Shown here: piece after piece, positions 7,712-9,138 of the stretch
Layout: each line of letters begins with the position of its first letter
How positions within the stretch are numbered: the stretch's first letter is position 1
Assembly: GCA_051294375.1 (NCBI GenBank)
Contig: JBJCIZ010001576.1
Location: 1-9,138 of the forward strand
Length of the DNA stretch: 9,138 nucleotides
Source: Paraspadella gotoi
Taxonomy: Eukaryota > Animalia > Chaetognatha
Direction of reading: 5' to 3'
The notes under the pieces: model-generated
What the model was told of the DNA's origin: nothing
Databases searched by the model: none
What the model saw: the letters and a program-made list of their open reading frames with translations, nothing else
Translations under genes and position numbers: made by a program

Positions 7712-9049
7712 ATAAGCTAAGAGCGAACAGACGAAAGCAAGTAGATTTTATGTATATAAGATATATAAAAAGAGGAGCTTGAGAGAATTAGAAAGGTTTC
7801 GTGGAGAAAGTAAAAATGATAAGTCGGGAAAAGAGGCGAGAGAATAAAACGAGAAGTTAAGGTTTGAGAATGAAGGAATTTTTAATGAATAAAGATAGGG
7901 CGATTGAAAAATCTGTTATGCACGCGACAGTCAGCTGAAGTCAATGTTCACATACGGGGCTACAAATATTATTGGAAAAAACAGATTCATTGCCTCGATT
8001 TTTTAGGTACCTAACTGGTTGTTCAAATTTAAAAAATCAACTTCTTTCCAACAAAAAAAGAAGCGAAATCGCACTGGGAACTTGCTGAATTTAAAAGCGT
8101 GCCTGTTTTTCGTTCTTTTATCACCGCTGGGAAATACTTTCTAGTCGGCTCTTCTCTTCAACTCGAATAAACAGGAGGAGAGGAACAGAAATAAAACGAA
8201 AAAACATAACAAAACAAAAACAAAGACTCAAATGGAAACAGAGCGGATTAAAATGGGGCAAGAATAAAAAGAACAAACCTGTAAAAAATAAGTAAAACGT
8301 GAAAAAACAAGAAATAGGCGGGGATTTTTTTGGTTTTTCCGTACACTTTAAAAGAGACAAAGAGGAATAGGGCGCGCCGGACGCGACGCGGGGGGGGGGG
8401 TGGTAAGAGTGAGGAGCGGAAAGACCCGGAGAGGAAACGTAGACAATAAGGTGGCAGTGGAAGCGGTGAGATTGATAAATGGCAAAGATCGGTGTGTTTT
8501 GTTGTTTGATAAGAATAAAAAATGGTTATAATTTCAGACAAGAGAAACCGACGCTTCCGGTTGTAAACGTTGATATTCGTGGATCACGAGTTCGAACTGT
8601 AGAAAGCAAAAGGAAGTCTAACAAGTGGCCAAAGACGAGAAAGTTTCACTCGTCTGTAGAGATTCCTTCTCTTCATTTCCGGTTTTTTTGGTTTTTTGTT
8701 TTTTGTTTCTTGTTTCTTTGAGATTTTACATGTTTTGTTTGAGAGATTTTTTTCTGTTTTTTTTCTTCGCTTACTTTCTTTCTCGCTTACATGACTTGTA
8801 CAAATGCAAATTAAGATTTGAAACAATTTTCAGCCAGTGAAATGAGATTGAAAGAAAGTAAAATTAAGAACGCTGATAAAAAAAGAAAGAAAAAGATAAG
8901 TGCCGAAGCAAAAAAGTGGATCGCGTGATTGATTCCGGCGTCGAGGGTGCATGGCGGAGAGCTTGGAAACTATGCGGAGCAAGCAGGCTTAGATTGAATA
9001 CATTGTGGTGACTCCGAGCGAAGTTGATTTTGAAAGGAACAGCGACAGA

Positions 9050-9053
<4 letters not shown>

Positions 9054-9084
<31 letters not shown>

Positions 9085-9138
9085 ACAGATATATCGAGTA
9101 GAGAGAGAGGAGAGGAGGAGAGAGAGAGAAGAGAGAGG
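9054..9138. repeat. (GA)n microsatellite running to the window edge
   Basis: GA runs at ~9054-9081 and ~9099-9138. Confidence 0.95.

Noticed and set aside
7212-7715. 167-aa and 96-aa ORFs resembling RS-domain proteins (RSFSRSFS, RSLARSLA)
   Set aside because: They arise from the 12-bp minisatellite with no synonymous variation among core units, no RRM is present, and both begin at non-ATG codons.
8633-8655. Hairpin AGACGAG...CTCGTCT as a terminator or Helitron 3' end
   Set aside because: The 7-bp stem lacks an immediate U-tract or a correctly spaced CTAG end, and is expected by chance in 9 kb.

Overview
AT-rich, microsatellite-dense eukaryotic DNA, most likely intergenic or intronic sequence of an invertebrate animal (inferred from long (GA)n/(CT)n tracts, abundant CpG and the lack of prokaryotic gene density). 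I cannot support any intact protein-coding gene. The recognisable content is: (1) a composite relic at ~386-1170 made of a full-length but stem-broken tRNA-like (Met-CAT-like) Pol III unit, a frameshifted and internally deleted Ty3/gypsy integrase, a G7 polypurine tract and a probable LTR start; (2) a ~700-bp degenerate palindrome (fold-back or MITE-like element) at ~4344-5040 with an internal ~147-bp duplication; (3) many GA/CT microsatellites, some in facing CT...GA pairs, plus a 12-bp minisatellite. Most ORFs in the supplied track are low-complexity artefacts. I see no well-supported novel multi-gene system. The tRNA-head/integrase chimera and the long palindrome are the best leads.
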